DNA of 64,000 nt, from assembly GCF_037042905.1 (NCBI RefSeq), contig NC_087251.1, positions 8,434,001-8,498,000 of the forward strand, given 5' to 3'. The position numbers and the translations under genes are program-made. The stretch is from Lytechinus pictus (lineage: Eukaryota). Below the pieces are notes generated by a model. That model was given only the letters and a program-made list of their open reading frames with translations, made no database searches and was not told the DNA's origin. Positions 1 through 12,479 of this stretch are shown in pieces. The first letter of the stretch is position 1, and each line of letters opens with the position of its first letter.

Positions 1-347
1 AGTGATACTTGATTACTCTTATGTGATGTCCAAAATTTAAAAATCAGATCCATAAACTTTCATACATGTAGTTATGATGGTAATTCAGCAGATACCCCCA
101 ATTTGGCCAAAGTTCATTGACCCTAAGTGACCTTTGACCTTGGTCATGTGACTTGAAACTCAAGCAGGATCTTCAGTAATACTTGATTAACCTAATGTCC
201 AAGTTTCATTAACTAGGTCCATATCTTTTCTACGTTATGATGATATTTCTAAAACTTAACCTTGGTTAAGATTTCAATGTTGATGACGACACCGCCATTG
301 GAAAAGAGGTGCCTATAGTCTCGCTCTGCTATGCAAGCGAGACAAAA
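1..347 (+). mobile_element. 3' end of a pearl/HINE-like non-autonomous element with ~175-bp internal tandem units (5' part outside the window)
   Basis: Two similar units (atacttgatta at ~6 and ~179) containing tgacctttgacct, then a terminal hairpin gtctcgct/agcgagac (318-343) and an A-run. Architecture matches the elements at 8853 and 9926; a degraded copy lies at ~12250-12470. Confidence 0.65.
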
Positions 348-984
348 ATAAAATTAATTATTCAAAGAGAAAAATTAACAATGAAGGCACTTTCGTCAGT
401 AAGTGTCATGCGGTTTCAAAACTTAGAAATTTATCTCCTTTTAGCTCCTTTTTGTCAAAATAAAATTCTTCTCCAGAGCGCCCCTTTTCATCTCTGATTA
501 AGTACCCCAATTAAATGCCATTATTTACTTCTGATTAGGCACTACTTCTGATACGTGTCCCTTTTATTTTCTTGTTCGTTCAAAACTTTCAGTCTGTTAA
601 ATGAAAGGTAATTGCAATTTGAGCCCTTATGTTTCTGTAGGAGCAGCGTAATTCCCATAGGATTTACATTTACAATGTACTTTGAAATCTAATGATAAGT
701 GTAGTGTAGTGCCCCTTGAGGGGTGAAAATTTCTCAACTTTTCAGTTATAAAATTGACAAATTTTAGACAAAAGTCTCATTGTTTTGTTTTTCATAACTC
801 ATTATTTTCTAATTTTAAAGGGCACATACCAAAATTGTGCACGAAATCCTTTAATTTCATATTGGAAAATGCTGAAGTGCCCCATGACAAGCTCTGTCAC
901 TTTGCTCACTCACTTTCAAGTTTCTTCTTACATCTGTATGCATCTTACCCCAAGGAAAAATCCTGAGTACGAAAAACTTACTTA

Positions 985-1320
985 ATCGAATTTGACAAAC
1001 TAGGTTATTCGCTTGTTTATCAAATAACTCTGTTTTTCAAGTAAAAAACTCAGTTTATCATTCAATAAACTATGTTTTTCATATTTTCAATTGAAAAAAC
1101 TAAGTTTATCACTTGAAAAACCTAGTTTTATATGTACATGTACACCAATAAACTGAGTTTTTGGGCGAAAAACTGAGTTTATCACCAATAAACTTAGTTT
1201 TTCAAGCGATAACTAGGTTTTTCATGAAAAAATGTTTTTCGATGATAAACTGAGTTGCTCTCGATAAAATTCAGCGATAAAACTCGAGTTTATCAGCTGA
1301 AAAACTAAGTTTATCGCCTT
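985..1320. repeat. Imperfect minisatellite built on aaaactNagtttatc / aataaactNNgttttt words, in both orientations
   Basis: More than ten recurrences, e.g. aaaaactcagtttatc (~1023), aaaaactaagtttatc (~1096, ~1300), aaaaactgagtttatc (~1168). Confidence 0.7.
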
Positions 1321-3011
1321 TATGGGACAAATGGCGGGACATACGCAGGTGTAGTGGAGCAGTGCAAAATTTACAGGCCCATTTTCATTTTGTGGGTGAC
1401 CTCGAAATCGCTCTAAAGTAAACAAGAGTTTACCTGAAACCCTAAGAAAGTGTCGTAGTTACATGTAACCCACTCCCTGGTTAAACTGTCTGAACATTTG
1501 CAAATGACCATGAATCTGAGTGATATTTTTATTAAATTAGAAAAGAATAGTTCAATTTACTGCCCATTTTAATTTTTTTATTGTTTGTTGAGTAAAAAGA
1601 AGGAAGAAATGTCATAGAACTTGAGTCCAGAATTTCAGTTAATTTTCATACTTCCTATCCTTGTACAGGATGAAATTAGATATCAGAAAACAACAATCAA
1701 ATCATGGGCGGTTATCAGTCAAAAACAAATTCTACGATTCAGTCCTAGTCTTTTTTCACAAGCATTCAATAACCACTTTTATAGCCTACATGTACATGTA
1801 TGTACTGTACTTGTAGGCATACATGTAAATGTATAATGTAAATGTGTGTTCATAAGTAGATAAAAAACAAATAACCTAAATTAGTCAAGACTTTGCCTAC
1901 ATGTACAAATGTTTTTTTTTTTTTATTCACTTGCAGAGTACAGTATACTGTACTGGCCTAGATGTATTTGTGCATTATGAAGTTTCAGAATAAACGAACA
2001 CATTTCATTACAACTGAGGCCTTCAAGACTTTCTGAGGGGGAGTGTATGCATTCTACTTAATTCCCTAGTGTATTTGCAATATACAGTGAGCATACTGCA
2101 CCAAACTAAAAATAGGCTACAGTTGGCATGGATGTGGATACATGGATTGTTGGCAACTACTACACATACATGTAATGCATGCCTAGCAAAGCCTCAGACA
2201 AATCATCGAGTGAAGCCATAGGGCCCTTCAATTTTGCATGCAGATACTGATGGTACAATAAAAAGCTGAAAATCAATATCCAGATGACGAAAGAGGAAAA
2301 CATTAGGAAATTCATAAACTATAAGAGAAAAATTGGGCTTGTATCGCTTGCATCAATACTCATCAGCACACAGTATCAACACAGTATCAGTATCAATTGT
2401 ATGCATGTTTCATTTTATTCTTTCTAGGCAAATCAACTTTTCGATCTACAGTAAGGACGGTGTACCCAATAACATTTGAATTTCCACATTTTTTGCCAAT
2501 CTGTTATCTTGAATTCTGCTACTATGTACATGTACTATAGGCTACATGTACAGATGTACATGTATGCACCACATGGACGCAAAACCGATGATGAAGAGGA
2601 AGATGTGATATTTACATGTGTAAATTAATAACATGTTATTGTTTTATTGAAAAAGAATTACATTGTTGGATATTCCTGGCCTAAGATTCATTCTTTAAAG
2701 GACTATGTAGCCTACATATAGTCCACACGTGTGCTCTCAAACAGGATTACTTTTCCTATAAGGTCTATACGTGTACAGCATACATGAATATTGTGCATTC
2801 CGATGAGGTGCCTAATTAACATACACCATATCAGATGGAGATTTGGAGCACTGAAAGCACACCACAGGATATGCACTGCTCTTCTCTCAGCTACATGTAC
2901 ATGTAATGTATACTGTATCTGTAGAGTATAGTCCTCTATGTCTCTCAGTTAATACACAATAAAGCCTATCTGTACTGTACAGTCAACTTGGTTAGTACTA
3001 GTAATTATCAT

Positions 3012-4727
3012 TAGGAGTGGGCTATAAATGGGTGATTTTTGGTTTTACTGTGGGAACAGTTTTTTTGTGTTCCTTTTACCTTATCTCAACATGAAATGAC
3101 AATATTTTTTGTCTCGGGTCCGAGAAAAAAGTGTGCCGGGCCAAAATCCAAAATGGCCGCCAAAACCCCCCAAAATCACAGTTTTGGCCACAACTTTTTT
3201 ATTTGGTGGTCAATTTCTCTGGTTTTGATGTCTATTCATATGTTTTGGGGGGCAGGCAATATGTTTTTCCTATAATTAGTACTTTTAAACCATTATTTTT
3301 AGAGTTAAAAGGTAATATTACCTAAATTTCCCCATTTTTGTAGCCTTTTTTCAGCCAAAAAGTGGGTTTTATCATCCTGGGGTTCTGGGATATTAGATGG
3401 TACGAGGTCAACAATAGCAAGCAGCTTCATGTAGCTATATTGCTTTTATTACTCCACTTTGGGTTTTACGGATATTTGTGAAATATATCTTATCAAATAA
3501 AAGAAAATGTCATTTATCCATAGGGGCTATACGGTGTACAATGCACTGTACATACTACACTGCATATATCCATGCATTGACCACCATGGCATATGACAAG
3601 GCCTGTATATAAACTATAGTGTCATAGAAATGAGCTTCAAAGGTTTAGAATTAGATTGTGAATTTGATTCCTTGTCAGCCGATGTACATGGTGAAACCAG
3701 CAACGTAAATTACACTTACATGTAAATATCACAAACATGTATATATACGTACATCACATTTTTAGCCATATCTTCTTCATTTGGAGGGGTTTTTTTAACC
3801 TGGTTCTGGTGTCTAACTGGCCTATGTTTATGGGGTCAGGTAACTACTAGGTCTACTATCATGGTAACGCTGATCAACAGCCAATCAGAATAGAGGATTG
3901 CATGCAAGTTACCATTAAGTTAAGTTAACATAATGGTAAATTTTTATGCAACAGGGTCCAGAATAGCTACAGTGTAAATTACCTCTCTCCGCCCCCTGAA
4001 TTAGCATATTTGACAAAACATGTCCTCAATTTCTGAGACAAAACATATCTTCAATTTCTGAGGCATCTAATTCTAAACCTGAGAGCTCATTTCTATGACA
4101 TTATAGTTTATACAAGCCTTGTTATCTGTCATGGTGTCCAATGCATTTATGCAGTGCAGTATGTATGTATGTACAGTACATTGTACATATGTATACTGTA
4201 TAGCCCGAATGGATAATTGACATTTTTTTATTTAATAAGATATATTTCACAAATATCCGTAAAACCCAAAGTGGAGGAATAAAAGCAATATAGCTATATG
4301 AAGCTGCTTGCTATTGTTGACCTCGTACAATCTAATATCCCAGAACCCCAAGATGATAAAACCTACTTTTTGGCTGAACAAAGGCTACAAAAATGGGAAA
4401 ATTTAGGTATAATTACCTTTCAACTCTACAAATAATGGTTTAAAAGTACTAATTATAGGAAAAACAAATTGCCTGCCCCCCAAAACATATGAATAGACAC
4501 CAAAACCAGAGAAATTGACCACCAAATAAAAAAGTTGTGGCCAAAACTGTGATTTTGGGGGGTTTTGGCGGCCATTTTGGATTTTGGCCCGGCACACTTT
4601 TTTCTCGGACCCGAGACAAAAAATATTGTCATTTCATGTTGAGATACACTACAAGGAATAAAAAAAAACTGTTGTCATATTGAAATTACAAAAAAAGTAT
4701 TTTTGACCCATGTATAGCCCACTCCTA
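3012..4727. mobile_element. Foldback-like non-autonomous DNA element with ~640-bp inverted arms
   Basis: Ends are taggagtgggctata ... tatagcccactccta, and ~3012-3655 is the reverse complement of ~4065-4727. Flanks give a 7-bp TSD ttatcat (3005-3011/4728-4734), or 9-bp attatcatt if the ends are AGG..CCT. Confidence 0.9.
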
Positions 4728-5046
4728 TTATCATTGCACTATCTCAGGTTAAATAAGAATAATAAATGAGGGATCAGTATTCACCTATATCTGTAATATT
4801 TAACTAGTAATCATCATCAAATACAAACAATTGAAGATATCTTGCAAAATCCTGTCAATTTGGGCATTTTCTTAGTTCATGTACATGTACTAAAAATAAT
4901 TGTTTCAACATATTACAGTGTCTACAAGGATTATTTGAACACTCAATACAGCAATGCAAAATGAGAAGATGAACTATGTTGGAACCAAAAAATTCCTAAG
5001 TTGGCCATCATAAAATATAATGAATTATATAAAGAGGGAAGTATAC

Positions 5047-5799
5047 CAATTCTCGCTACCCCAAATAAGAACAAAAATCTCATAATGCGCGAGACGGGAT
5101 AATTTTCACTCCGTCGGGTCGTCATCACCACTTCCGGTTCAGAGTCATGCATGCTTGCGCGAGGTTCGCGATACTGAGTTTTCCACCACGCTGAAATCGA
5201 TGCCAATCAGCGTAATATGTACAGATTTTAATACTTTTTATCTAATTTGGTCAGTTTTGATTCCATTTGAATTATAAATAAAAATAGAAAATATATTTCA
5301 CGTGAAAATAATTTTTATTCATGTTTTTATTTGGTTATAAAAAAATAAAACAAAAAATGAATATCTTAAAATGTTGCATTTAGCGACCGGCCTGACATCA
5401 CGATCGTATTCGACTAGACGCTAAATATATACACTACATCATTCATTCCGTTCAATTTTTCGTCGATCACAAAATGGATAAAAAATCAGTTTCGGAACTT
5501 AAAAAAATCTTTACTGACAGAGGAATACCGTGCAATGGAAAGCGTCGGGCAGAATTAGTGACTTTAGCAGAAAAGGCCGTTAAACTGTATCGTGAAAGAG
5601 AGGGTTGTGATCACGAACTTTCCGAGCGAAAGCGACGTTGTGTTGTGGATGACGGCACTGTTGATCTGAATGGCAAAACAGCGCATTGGACTTCCGAACA
5701 GGAAGTTGTAATACCGAAAAGCTATCCCATAATGCAATGCGCGTAACAGGGATTTTTCCCGGATCTCGGCGAAAACGCTATTTGGGGAAGCGAGAATTG
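5047..5799 (+). mobile_element. Internally deleted TIR element carrying a truncated SAP-domain ORF
   Basis: caattctcgctaccccaaata (5047-5067) is inverted as tatttggggaagcgagaattg (5779-5799) with 1 mismatch; no TSD found. Confidence 0.6.
5474..5746 (+). pseudogene. Truncated transposon ORF with an N-terminal SAP-like DNA-binding motif
   Basis: MDKKSVSELKKIFTDRGIPCNGKRRAELVTLAEKA fits the SAP pattern (VxELKxxLxxRGxxxxGxK/RxELV). The ORF starts at a real ATG inside the TIR element and appears to run into terminal sequence after ...HWTSE. Confidence 0.5.
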
Positions 5800-5864
5800 T
5801 TTTGCACCTACATGTAGTTGGAAATTGTGATCGGTCACGCATGAGCGATTATAAATTATGAAAA

Positions 5865-6690
5865 GCAATAATGCATATTTTCACACCTCGCTGCTATTAT
5901 TGAAGCGTTGCACGCTTCATTTATCATGACTTATTTCCTATTTTTCCAAGAGATGAGATGATATGCTTTCATTTGATATACGATTCTTAATATTTCAGTC
6001 GGTTTTACAGAGTTTGTAAATGATTTTAAACAAATTGATGTCAGACTGGTGTTGCCTAATTGACTTTTGTAAATGGGTGTAATTAGATTCGTTTTTCATA
6101 TTTCATTTCCTGTCAAAATGAATATAAAAATGGAAAAGAAAGTATGGCCTTTATTTTGCAACTACTTCCAAATAGTGATCAGTCATGCACATGAATCATT
6201 ATGAATTGTTAAATGGAACAATGCATATTTTCAGACCTTGCTGTGATTATTGGAGCATAGCGTGCAACGCTTCATTGATCATGACTTATTTCCTTTTTTC
6301 CCCGAAAAATGAGATGCTATGCTTTCATTTGATATACAGTTCTTAATATTTTAGTCAGTATTACATATTTCATAAATGATTTCAAATGAATTGATGCCTG
6401 ACTGCTGTTGCCCCATTGACTTTTGTACAGGGGTGTAATTAGATTCATTTTTATAATTTCGTTTCCTGTCAAAATAAATAAAACAGGTGAAAAGGATCTG
6501 AATTTTATATGAAACGAAAGCATGTCCTCTCAAAAAATAAGAAAAAATTCATGATCATTGAAGCGTTACGAGTTACGCTTCAATGATCACAAAAAATATG
6601 AAAATATGCATTATCACACTATAATCATTCATGCTTGACCGATAACAATTTGCAACTAGATGGAAAACAGAGACTATACTTTTCTTTTTC
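5865..6690. repeat. ~350-bp tandem duplication plus a partial inverted third copy with a hairpin
   Basis: aatgcatattttcaNacct...atcatgacttatttcc occurs at ~5870 and ~6220. Hairpin arms tgatcattgaagcgt/acgcttcaatgatca lie at ~6552-6589. Confidence 0.75.
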
Positions 6691-7320
6691 TTATGATATA
6701 TAATTCATTAGAGTTTATGAAAGCCAGATTACAATTTTTTTTTACTTTTATCAAGTCCATCCACTAGGGCTGTCGATATCTCGCTAAAAATATCTCACCG
6801 ATATCGATAACTATCAACAAAAGAACATAATCAATACGCATTTTTTATCCATTATAGCGATGTCACATACTCGAATTGGTCAAAATTTTTATCTGTCACT
6901 GTACCAAGAACGCTTTAAAATCCGCGATCATCGGATGTAAATGATTACATAACATCTTTTAACAAACATATTCAGCATAAATACATCCTCACCTTTTCAT
7001 GTTATTACATGTAGCATTATTTTAGGGTTAGATGAAGTTTTATCGATAATTTTGGGGCTTTTTGGACATCGTTCTGAAACAGTGAACTTCTTTTGCCTAT
7101 CCGCCATTTTGATATCATGCTGTACATCTTCGAACACAGAGGGCAGCAACACATTGCTGTGCTGCCTTCTACACGTACGTTAGTTGGTACTAACTTGAAC
7201 TTGCGCTTGTGATGTTTTCCATTCGATTGAATGGAGTCGAGTGCGGTCACGAACTCACGATGTTTGGATTGTCATGATTATAGCGAAGTGGGGGTGAGAT
7301 CGAGTTTTGTGACTAGAAGG

Positions 7321-8119
7321 TAGGCCTGTTTCGGGTACACGTGTACACGCATGGTCAAGTCAGTGCACGTGTACTAAATTCCATCACCGTGTACACGGTA
7401 GCATCTGCATAAAGCTTGCATGGGAGTGTAAAGTCAGTGAATAAGCTCACAGCCTCACATTAATTCTTAGTTCTCAGACACTGCACATGTTTTAATCACT
7501 AATACGTCAATATATTTCAATTAACCTAGAGTGAGTTTACTTCCAAATCGCCAATTTAATCCACATTCATTCTGGAGACTTAAGTTTTTGTACCACGAAA
7601 TGGGTCTGCTCCGGTCTCGAAAGCTCGAAAGCGTTGTTCAATCACACTCAGAGCCAATTTGAGAATCACCAATTGCGACAGTTACGTGTTATACGCTCGT
7701 ACACATGTGCTACAAGCCTACGAAGAAACGCTCCTCAAATTGGCAATAAAATAATGAAAATCAATCGATAACTTTAGTTACACTTAATTCTGCAGCGATC
7801 TGTGCATGCATGTACGGTACAGTATGCAAAATGCGCATCCAACGAACGTCGGCGCTAGCTAGGGCCCTGCACTGATTTTTTTTTGCATTCTTTATTAATT
7901 TAATGCGCTGCTAAGCTGAGTAAACTTTTTAATTGCACCAATTTTTGTGGATTGATACTTCTAACTTCTCAGGTAAGCTTTAAAACCGCGGCTACATAGA
8001 CCCCTTTTTATATTATATTGACATGTTGATGCGGGTCCGTGTCGAAATGTCGGAAACACTGAAAACACAACTCGCTCTCAGTGTTTACAACGTGTACACG
8101 ACCGTAAAACACGGGCCTA
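7321..8119. mobile_element. hAT-like MITE nested in an older element
   Basis: Ends taggcctgttt..gtacacg / cgtgtac..acgggccta; exact 8-bp TSD ctagaagg (7313-7320, 8120-8127). It splits a copy of the family seen intact at 58974-59781. Confidence 0.85.
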
Positions 8120-8852
8120 CTAGAAGGTATTCGTATTTTGTTACTTTGGAGTAATCTCTGTTGCTGTTCTGAGCAGTTTGAAGAAAAATACGTTTTCCGT
8201 GATTTTCCGTTTGAAAAGCCACTTTCAAGAGGCTGTTACTGTGAATTCCATGAAATCGTGGAAAATCACTGTGTTCCTACAATAGCGGGTATTATCGACA
8301 ATGAAAGTTTATCTATATCGCTAAGTGGCAAATAACAAGCGATTATAAAAACTAGTGGTAAAGACGTTATCGATAACAGCCCTAAGCTCTAGTGAACAAC
8401 AAAGCGACGTGGATGAAGGATAGTTAGCGGAATACGCCAATGATGGTGAGTCGGACGAACTTGCAGAGTTGCTACCGACTCGCATGATATAACTGCATGC
8501 AACTGCATCTCCAAATCAATGAAAATCAAATCCACGACCACTTCCAGGCAGGGTCTGTTCACTCACTCAACAAATTTACTTCGAAATATAATACGAAAAG
8601 ATTGAAAATAATGCTTACACTGTACTAACAAACAAGGGAAATAATATGTCTGAACCAAATAATTTCTTAATTCAAATCGGCTCAGGAATAGCAGCAGACG
8701 ATATGCACCAACGACAAAGTTGTGACTCGCTCATTCTGTCTGAAATTCTATCACATTATTCTGACAAATTAAAAAATTTGAGGAATTCTTTTTTCATACA
8801 AAATAAAGTTACAATTAAAATAATTTTTCTTATAACGATTAATATTTTGTTT

Positions 8853-9528
8853 AACAAGGCAAAAGCGATTTTGTGTCTCGCCCACTTATGAAAATATCCA
8901 GAAATATCGTGATTTGTGAGGGCACGCAACAGAATTGTATAAAAACTTCATTGTGAAATGACTGGGATGGAATAACACTTGTGATAAGAGTCTTGCACAT
9001 GAACTTTAACGTTTTCCTGAAAATGACCTTTGACCTTATCATGTGACCTCCCACTGCAGCATAACATGCAGGTCCCCCAAGTCTATCTACCATCCAAGTT
9101 TGGTTGAAAAGTGACTTACGGTTGTGGAGTTCGATGTCATAAGTGAGTCTTGCATGTCAACTTTAACGTTGACCTGAAAATGACCTTTGACCTTACCATG
9201 TGACCTCCGACTACAGCATAACATGCAGGTCCCCCAAGTCCATCTACCATCCAAGTTTGGTTGAAAAGTGATTTACGGTTGCGGAGTTCGGTGTCATAAG
9301 AGAGTCTTGCATGTAAACTTTAACGTTGACCTGAAAATGACTTTTGACCTTACCATGTGACCTCCGACTACAGCATAACATACAGGTCCCCCAAGTCCAT
9401 TTACCATCCAAGTTTGGTTGAAAAGTGACTTACGGTTGTGGAGTTATGTGTCATTTATAAGGTTTGTGACGGACGGACGACATTTGGATCCCTAAGTCTT
9501 GCCTTCACCTCTGGTGGGCGAGACAATA
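8853..9528 (+). mobile_element. pearl/CvA/Tsp-like (Helentron-associated, HINE-type) element with three 157-bp core repeats
   Basis: Subterminal inverted repeat tgtctcgcccac (5') / gtgggcgagaca (3'). Units start at 8990, 9147 and 9304 (157-bp spacing), followed by a (GACG)n microsatellite at ~9468-9480 and a 3' hairpin. Confidence 0.85.
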
Positions 9529-9925
9529 AAATATTTCAGATGTAAAAGATCAACCACAACATGCATAGTAGCTAGATGTAAACCAGACTGCACTGCACGT
9601 GCATCTATCTGGAGCACAGTACAGTTGAAAATATCTGTGTGCACGATTACATTTTATTGTCACCGTGCCCCAATCGATCATCGTATAAAACATTTTTTTA
9701 CACCAAGGTAGAATTTGATTTCAGTCAATCCATCATGTAGAATATATCAAACAGTGTAAAATAACTGACTAACTTTAGAAACAACTAAATAGACCTAGAC
9801 ATACATGTAGATCTGGTCGTAGTAATTTTTGCTGAGCATTGCAATGGAATGTGCGAGGTACGTGTACATGTAAAGTTAGAATTGTTACTTATTCAGAGTT
9901 TACGACGTAATAGATTGCATCCTAA

Positions 9926-11921
9926 CACAAGGGAAAAGCGATTTTGTGTCTCGCCCACTTTAATATGAAAATAACCAGAAATATCGTGATATGCGAGGGC
10001 ACGCAACAGAATTGTATCGAAACTTCATTGTGAAATGACTGGGATGGAATAACACTTGTCATATGAGCCTTGCACATAAACTTTAATGTGGACCTGAAAA
10101 TGTCCTTTGACCTTACCATGTGACCTCTGACTGCAGCATAACATGCAGGTCCCCCAAGTCCATCTACCATCCAAGTTTGGTTGAAAAGTGACTTACGGTT
10201 GCGGAGTTAGGTGTCGTAAGAGGGTCTTGCATGTAAACTTTAACGTTGACCTAAAAATGACCTTTGACCTTATCATGTGACCTCCGACTGCAGCATAACA
10301 TACAGGTCCCCCCAAGTCCATCTACCATCCAAGTTTGGTTGAAAAGCGACTTACGGTTGCAGAGTTAGGTGTCATAAGAGAGTCTTGCATGTAAACTTTA
10401 ACGTTGACCTGAAAATGACCTTTGACCTTACCATGTGAACTCCGACTGCAGCATTTCGAATTGACTAAAGTGTGTAATTGGTTTAAAGCTAATAGACTCC
10501 TTATAAACAAAAAGAAGACCAATTTCATGATATTTTCTTTACATAACTTATCTGATATTTCAAACACATTGACTGATATTACCATTTCCATTGACTCCAT
10601 TCCTCTAAAGAGGGTAAATTTTGTAAATTTTCTTGGAATCTATATTGACTGTAATTTAAAATGGGATACCCATGTTAACAATGTTATTTGCAAAGTATCC
10701 AGATGTATTGGTATTTTATTTAAGCTTAAATACTATCTTTCAAATCATTCTTTGTTTTCATTATATAATGCTCTTATATTACCATACTTATCATATTGTG
10801 TCAGCGTTTGGGGTAATTGTACTAAGTTAAAAATAAACACCTTATTTAGATTACAAAAAAAAGCTTTGCGAATTTGCACCAACAGCCATTACCTTGCCCA
10901 TTCTGCTCCTCTCTTTATAAAACTCAAAACTTTGAATATAACTGATTTATATCAGTATCAAACAGCAGTGTTGGGTTACTTGTATTTTCACAATCTACTT
11001 CCATATAACATTTCCACAATGTTCTCTGCAAATCTTAACGTTCACAATTACAATACAAGAAATCGATATAATTTTCATCGTTGGAAAGTTTTATTTATGT
11101 ATGAAGAAAAATGTCCTCGATGTAGTATACCAATCATTTGGAATTCATTACCAAATTATATTTCTCTTTGTAATAACCAAAACTCATTTAAAAAACATTT
11201 GAAAACATTCTTTTTATCAAAATACTGACATGTACATGTACCCCAAGTTGTGCATGTATTGTTATATATATTTTTTTTTTGTCGATGTTCCTCTGACACA
11301 TTTCATTTTTGTTTCTTTTTTTTTTGTAAACATGTCTTTCAGTAACACATAATATATTTTATTGTATAAGATATAGATATAAGGGAACTTATTTTACAGG
11401 ACCACATGGCCTTATTTTAGTTTCCCTTTTTTTCATTTTCAAATGATTTAGCATGTATTACCCTTTCTTGTTTTTATTGAAAGGCATTCTGTATTAACTG
11501 TTTATATGTATTTTACTTTTATGAATGTATATTATTGCATGTATTTAATTTGTATTGTAATGAACTGTTTTTATATGATTATGGAAAATAAATGATCAAA
11601 CAAACAAACAAACAATAACATGCAGGTCCCCTAAGTCCATCTACCATCCAAGTTTGGTTGAAAAGCGACTTACGGTTGCGGAGTTAGGTGTCATAAGAGA
11701 GTCTTGCATGTAAACTTTAACGTTGACCTGAAAATGACCTTTGACCTTACCATGTGACCTCTGACTGCAGCATAACATGCAGGTCCCCCAAGTCCATCTA
11801 CCATCCAAGTTTGGTTGAAAAGCGACTTACGGTTGTGGAGTTATGTGTCATTATTTTTGTGACGGACGGACGACATTTGGATCCCTAAGTCTCGCCTTCA
11901 CCTCTGGTGGGCGAGACAAAA
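9926..11921 (+). mobile_element. Second pearl/HINE-like copy (about four 157-bp units) interrupted by a LINE fragment
   Basis: Same 5' end (gggaaaagcgattttgtgtctcgcccac) and 3' end (gacggacggacgac...gtctcgccttcacctctggtgggcgagacaaa). A unit breaks at 10454 (..ctgcagcat) and resumes at ~11615 (ataacatgcagg). Confidence 0.85.
10455..11614 (+). mobile_element. 5'-truncated non-LTR retrotransposon (CR1/L2 group, Crack/Daphne-like): RT C-terminus, 3'UTR and (CAAA)n tail
   Basis: Open frame to 11228 with WFKANRLLIN.KKT, FLGIYID.NLKW..H, LYNALILPYLSYC..VWG and IWNSLP; AATAAA then (CAAA)4 at ~11597-11614; no real TSD. Confidence 0.9.
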
Positions 11922-12479
11922 AGTAGGTCTATTTAATATCATCTCATAATGCTACTGCTCAACAAATATTATTTCCATTCCCATGAGTACAAAATGTAAA
12001 TCAATGTCAGTGAAAATCGCACAGCCTACTGCTATGCACGCATTGTCAATTTCCGCTCAGGGCCAGGGCCTGGGTATTGAACAAGCATTGATGTCATAAA
12101 AAATCAACGGTTTCACAAGTGGAATGTATCTTGTAGTCTCAACTGCATTACGCATTTTTAATATAACAGCGGGATTGAATTTAAAAACAACTACATGTAT
12201 TTAATAATTATTCACAAAAAAATTCATATCATAATTAAATACTATGCTCATTGACCCTGACCTCGATCATGTGACCTGGAACTCATACAAGATGTTCAAT
12301 AATACTTGATTACTCTTACATGTACATTTATGTCTATTAAAGTTTCATGAACTAGATCGATAAACTTGTTAGGACGGCATTTCAACAAATACCTCCAAGG
12401 CCGAAGTTCGTTGACCTTGGTCATGTGACCTGAAAATTGCAAAGGATGCTCAGTGATACTTGAATGGTCATCTCAGTCA

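Noticed and set aside
985..1320. CRISPR-like appearance of short periodic repeats (also 21758, 38735-39040, 63370)
   Set aside because: There are no unique spacers between identical repeats and no cas genes, and the context is eukaryotic.
3131..4597. Near-identical 64-aa ORFs on opposite strands (3131-3325 and 4403-4597)
   Set aside because: They are a by-product of the element's inverted arms, with non-ATG starts and no domain.
6765..8384. Outer element with tagggctgt..acagcccta ends
   Set aside because: The TIR is short and imperfect and the flanks (ccatccac/agctctag) show no TSD; plausible but unsupported as one unit.
10422..10454. N-terminus MTLPCELRLQH of the 268-aa ORF
   Set aside because: It derives from the flanking 157-bp repeat with a TTG start; the ORF is a truncated LINE, not a gene.
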